Source: Schizochytrium sp. TIO01 (lineage: Eukaryota > Protista > Bigyra: Labyrinthulomycetes). From it: a stretch of 64,000 nucleotides of DNA. Location of the stretch: assembly GCA_004764695.1 (NCBI GenBank), contig SMSO01000025.1:5740429-5804428 (forward strand), in the 5' to 3' direction. Within the stretch, counting starts at the first letter, position 1. Every line of letters starts with the position of its first letter. The position numbers and the translations under genes were made by a program. This document shows positions 58,720 through 64,000 of the stretch, piece by piece. The notes beneath the pieces are model-generated. The model saw only the letters and a list, made by a program, of their open reading frames with translations. It was not told where the DNA came from and did not search any database.

Positions 58720-61700
58720 GAATATGTCAATAACCACTAAAGATATTAATATTTGACAAGTATCACCAGAAAGCTGCTTCAATTTGCAACAGGGTAAATG
58801 TGTTTTTTCAGAAAAGCAATACTTTAACATGTGTTTTTACTGACCTTTGAAAGTTATTTCTTGATCTCTCATATTATTAATAGGGGGAGGGAAACGAGTT
58901 TAGTAGTGTTGTAACTCTATGCATATAATAGATAGAACTTTGCTACAAGCATCGTCGGATAGCTGAATAATAGTTAAAGTGGGTGCATTTGATTTATGAG
59001 AGAAACTCTTCTTGCAAGCCTGAGAAAAGAAGCTCTAAGTTGCCACTCTATTTGTGAGCAGCAAAATGATTAGTATAAGGTTCATTTTCTCAACAACGGG
59101 GGAAGATATTAATCATCAGGTGGTACCGTTGGAAAGCTGTTAAAATTCACAACAGGGTAGATGTGTTTTCTCAGGCGAAATGTTTTAAAAAATTATTTTT
59201 ACTGACCTTTGAAAGTTATTTCTTAGTCGCCCATATCATTAATAGGGAGAAAGAACTGAGTTTAGTAATGCTCTAACTCTATGAATAGAATAGAAAGGAC
59301 TTTGCTATAGGCACCCATTGATAGAACATGAATTGCTGAGATGCTCGAATTTGATTTGTGAGAAAAAAGACACTGTCAAGCTTGAGAAAAGAAGCTCCAA
59401 GTTATCATTCTGTTTGTGAGCAGGACAGAGAATTAAATGGTTAGTATAAGATTCACTTTCTTAACAACGGGATAATATATTAATTATTGAAGTGTACCAT
59501 TGGAAAGCTGGTTGAATTTACAACAGATTGAATGTGTTTTCTCAGAAAAAATACTTTTAACATGCATTTTACTGACCTTTAAAAGTTATTTTTTTTGTCT
59601 CTCATATTATTAATAGGGGGAAGGAACTGGGTTAGTAGTGTTGTATCTCTATAAATACAATCGACAGAGCTTTTCTACAAACATCATTCGATAGTTTATG
59701 AAGTGTTAAGATGAGTGCATTTGATTTATGAGAACAAATGTTCTTGCAAGCTTGAGAAAAAAAGCCCCAAGTTGTCACTCTATTTGATAACAAATGAAAT
59801 AAATAAATGATTAGTATAAGATGCATTTTCTCAACAATGGGGAAAGATATTAATCATGGAGTGATACTGTTGGAAAGCTGTTAAGAACTACAACAGGTTA
59901 GATGTGTTTTCTCAGAAAAAATACTTTAAACATATAGTTTTACTGACCTTTGAAAGTTTATTTTTGGTCTCTCATATTATTAATAGGGGGAAGGGACCGA
60001 ATTTAGTAGTGTTCTAACTCTATGAGTAGAATAAATAGAACTTTTCTACAAACACAATTCGATAGCTCAAGAATTGTTGAGATGGCCGCGTTTGATTTAT
60101 GAGAGAAAAGCTTCTTGCAAGCTTGAGAAAAGAAGCTCTAAGTTGTCACTCTATTTGATAACAAAAGAAAGAATTAAATGATTAGTATAAGATTCATTTT
60201 CTCAACAACGGGGAAATATATAAATCATGGACTGGTACCATTGGAAAGCGGCTTGAAATTGCAACAGGGTAGATGTAATTTCTCAGAAAAAATACTTTAA
60301 ACATATAGTTTTACTGACCTTTGAAAGTTTATTTTTTGTCTCTCATATTATTAATAGGGGGAAGGAACTGGGTTTAGTAGTGTTATAACTCTATGAGTAG
60401 AGTAAGCAGAACTTTTCTAGAAAAATCATTCGTTAGCCCATTACTTGTTGAGATGGCAGCATTTGCTTTATGAGAGAAAAGCTTCTTGCAAGCTTGAGAA
60501 AAATAGCTCTAAGTTGTCACTCTATTTGATAACAAAAGAAAGAATAAAATGATTAGTATAAGATGCATTTTCTCAATAATGAAGCAATTTATTAATCATG
60601 GAGTGATACCATTGGAAAGCTGCTTGATATTACAACAGGGTAGATGTGATTTCTCAGAAAAAATACTTTAAACATATAGTTTTACTGACCTTTGAAAGTT
60701 TGTTTTTTGTCTCTCATATTATTAATAGGGGGAAGGAACCGAGTTTAGTAGTGTTTTAACTCTATGAGTAGAGTAAGCAGAACTTTTCTAGAAGAATCAT
60801 TCGATAGCGCATGAATTGTTGAGATGGTAGCATTTGATTTATGAGAGAAAATCTTTTTTCAAGTTTGAGAAAAAAAGCTCTAAGTTGTTACTCTATTTGT
60901 TGGCAGGATAAAGAATAAAATGATTAGTATAAGATTCATTTTCTCAATAATGAAGCAATACATTAATCATGGAGGGGTACCGTTCGAACGCTGATGCAAT
61001 TTACCACAGGGTAGATGTGTTTGCTCAGGTGAAATATTCTTAAACATATAGTTTTACTGACCTTTGAAAGTTTATTTTTGGTCTCTCATATTATTAAAAG
61101 GGGAAGGAACTGAGTTTAGTAGTGTTCTAACTCTATGAGAAAAGTAAATAGAACTTTTATAGAAGAATCGATCGATAGCAAATTCATTGCTGAGATGCCC
61201 GCATTTGATTTATGATTGAAAATATTTTTGCAAGCTTGCGAAACGAAGCTCCAAGTTGTTACTCTATTTATTGGCAGGATAAGGGGTAAATTGAATAGTA
61301 TAAGATTCAATATCCCAACAATGAGATAATATATTAATCATCGAGTGGTATCATTGGAAAGATGCTTAAATTTACAACAGGATAGGTGTGTTTTCTCCGA
61401 AACAATACTTTAAACATATAGTTTTACTGACCTTTGAAAGTTTATTTTTGGTCTCTCATATTATTAATAGGGGAAAGGAACTGGGTTTGGTAGTGTTCTA
61501 ACTTTATCAATAGAATTGACAGAGCTTTACTACAAGCACCATTCGATAGCTCATGAATTGTTAAGATGCGTGTATTAGATTAACGAGAAAAGCTCTTCTT
61601 GCAAGCTTGAGAAAACAAGCTCCAAGTTGTCACTCTATTTGTGAGCAGGATAAAGAATTAAATGACCAGTATAAACTACATTTTCTTATCAACAGGAAAA

Positions 61701-63460
61701 GATATAAATCATGGAGGGGTACCGTTGGAACCCTGGTGCAATTTGCAACAAGATAGACGTGATGCTTTAGAAAAAAAATAAATTAATATTATGTTTTTTT
61801 TACTTTGAAAGTCATTTCTTAGTTTCTCATATTATTAATAAGGAGAAAGAGCTGAGTTTAGTCGTGTTCTAACTCTATGAAAAGAAAAACCAGAAATTTT
61901 CTAGAAGAACCACTCGATAGCCCATTACTTGTTGAGATGACCACATTTGATTCATGAGAGAAAAGCTTCTCGCAAGCTTGAGAAATGAAGCTGGAGGTTA
62001 TCACTCTATTTGTTAGCAGGACAGAGAATAAATTGTTTAGTATAAGACTCATTTTCTCAACAACGGGGAAAGATATTAATCATGGAATGGTACCGTTGGA
62101 AAGCTGTTTCAATTTACATTAGGGAAAATGCCTTGATTTAGAAAAAAAAATAACGATTATGTTTTTACTAACCTTTAAAAGGTATTTTTTGGTCTCTTAT
62201 ACTATTAATATGAAAAAAGAACTGAGTTTAGAAGTGTTGTAACTCTATACAAAGAGTGAACAAAACTTTTCTCCAAGCATCACCCGGTAGTGCAATAAGT
62301 GTTGATACGTCCGCATTTGAGTTATGAGAAAACTTCTTCTTGCAAGCTTCAGAATAAAGCTCCAAGTTGTTACTTTATTTGTTAATAGAACAAGGAATAA
62401 AATGATTAGTATAAGACTCATTTTCTCAACAACAAGGATAGATATTAATCATGGAGTAGTACCGTTGGAAAGCTGTTTCAATTTACATTAGGGTAAATGT
62501 CTTGATTTAGAAAAATAAAATTATGATTATGTTTTTACTGACCTTTGAAATTTATTTTTTGGTCTTTCATATTAATAATAGGGGGAAGTAACCGAGTTTA
62601 GTAGTGTTCTAACTTTATCAATGTAATAGCCAGAGCATTACTACAAGCACAATTCGATAATTCATGAACTGTTAAGGTGCGTGCATTTGATTTATGATAG
62701 AAAATATTCTTGCAAGATTGAGAAAAAAACATCAAACTGTCACTCTATTTGTTAGCAGGATATAAAACAACATGTTTAGTACAAGATGAATTTTCTCAAC
62801 AACAGGGTCATATATTAATCATCGAATGGTACCCTTGGAAAGAAGCGCCAATTTGCAACAGGGTAGATGCCTTAGCTAAGAGAAATTAACATTTAATTTA
62901 TGTTTTTATTGACTTTCGAAAGTTATTTCTTGGTTTTCATATTATTAATTAGGAGAAGGGACCGAGTTTAGTAGTGTTTTCATCCAATCACAGCAGCAGG
63001 TAGAACTTTTCCACAAGCACCAAACAGTAGCTTGTTCATGGCTAAGATGGACACATTTGATTGATGAGAGGAAATCTTCTTGCCAGCTACAGGGAACAGG
63101 TCTTAGTTATCACTCTAATGGTTAGCAGGCCATAGAATTAAATGGTTAGCATAAGATTCATTTCCTCAACAAATAAGTCACCTATTAATCATTGAATAGT
63201 ACTATCGGAAAGCTGCTGAAATGTACGACAGGAAACCTATCTTGATTAAGAAAACTTAGAATTCTATTCAAGTTTTTATTGACTTTGAAAGTTATTTCTT
63301 AGTTTCTCATATTTCTAAGAACGAGAAAAGGAAAACTTTGAAGTGTCATAACTCTATCAATGAAAAAGGTAGAACTTTTCTCCAAGCACCACTAGAACGC
63401 TTCACAACTCATCGACGATCAACATTAAATTGTGGTGAAAAAAAAGTTCTACAAATTAGA
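58720..63460. repeat. Subtelomeric tandem repeat family 3, ~370 bp x ~13 (LORE-TEARS-type)
   Basis: Marker actgacctttgaaag at about 58839, 59201, 59571, 59942, 60313, 60684, 61056 and 61426, then degenerating to about 63280. Confidence 0.95.
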
Positions 63461-63622
63461 CAAAGGACTTCCATCATATTATATACTATTCTAATCGAAG
63501 TCTCCCATATCCACGAATGTCAGCAGGCGCATAAAATCTTTTTAATTTTTTAAAAGAAAATATTTTTAATTCTTCATAAAATTTTTTATTGTAAAACCAT
63601 TAATAAATATGATGAATGATAG

Positions 63623-64000
63623 TAGGTAAGGTTAGGTAAGGTTAGGTAAGGTTAGGTTAGGTAAGGTTAGGTAAGGTTAGGTTAGGTAAGGTTAGGTAAG
63701 GTTAGGTTAGGTAAGGTTAGGTTAGGTTAGGTTAGGTTAGGTAAGGTTAGGTTAGGTTAGGTTAGGTTAGGTTAGGTTAGGTTAGGTTAGGTTAGGTTAG
63801 GTTAGGTTAGGTTAGGTTAGGTTAGGTTAGGTTAGGTTAGGTTAGGTTAGGTTAGGTTAGGTTAGGTTAGGTTAGGTTAGGTTAGGTTAGGTTAGGTTAG
63901 GTTAGGTTAGGTTAGGTTAGGTTAGGTTAGGTTAGGTTAGGTTAGGTTAGGTTAGGTTAGGTTAGGTTAGGTTAGGTTAGGTTAGGTTAGGTTAGGTTGG
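63623..64000 (+). repeat. Telomere (TTAGG)n with proximal TAAGG variants
   Basis: Runs to the end of the window with the G-rich strand 5'->3' outward. Confidence 0.99.

Noticed and set aside
55760-63460. CRISPR-like array
   Set aside because: Units are 370-533 bp tandem repeats without unique spacers, and no cas genes are present.
58065-63553. Recurrent ~64-aa ORFs in the subtelomeric repeats
   Set aside because: Open in only some units, several with non-ATG starts; by-products of the tandem repeat.

Overview
Eukaryotic chromosome end from a thraustochytrid (Labyrinthulomycetes; the 18S sequence and overall architecture look like Aurantiochytrium, recognised by eye). 1-34 kb: ordinary low-intron genes (SDHAF1-like LYR protein, spliced F-box protein, UIM/UBX protein, FEX fluoride exporter, GT90 glycosyltransferase, YbhE-type lactonase, cystathionine beta-synthase, CFAP69), microsatellites and two tRNA-Thr(CGT) genes. 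35-37 kb: a decayed Crinkler/RHS-type NTPase. Then a 5S rRNA gene pointing away from the telomere, an 18S-5.8S-28S unit pointing toward it, three families of long tandem repeats (LORE-TEARS-type) and a (TTAGG)n telomere. The most notable structure is an ~8 kb block in the 5S-18S spacer (38864-46937). It is bracketed by 87-bp direct repeats that differ only inside one 8-bp block. It carries a compact, intronless, virus-like module (Crypton-like tyrosine recombinase, phage-type DNA amino-methyltransferase, probable PD-(D/E)xK nuclease, C4 zinc-finger protein, small ORF) plus host-like cargo (probably myristoylated EcKinase/APH-like kinase, small ORF, truncated Mx-like dynamin). A truncated LRR gene lies just outside. 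This is a candidate cargo-carrying tyrosine-recombinase mobile element with a restriction-modification-like gene pair. All protein calls are motif recognition by eye; no searches were run.
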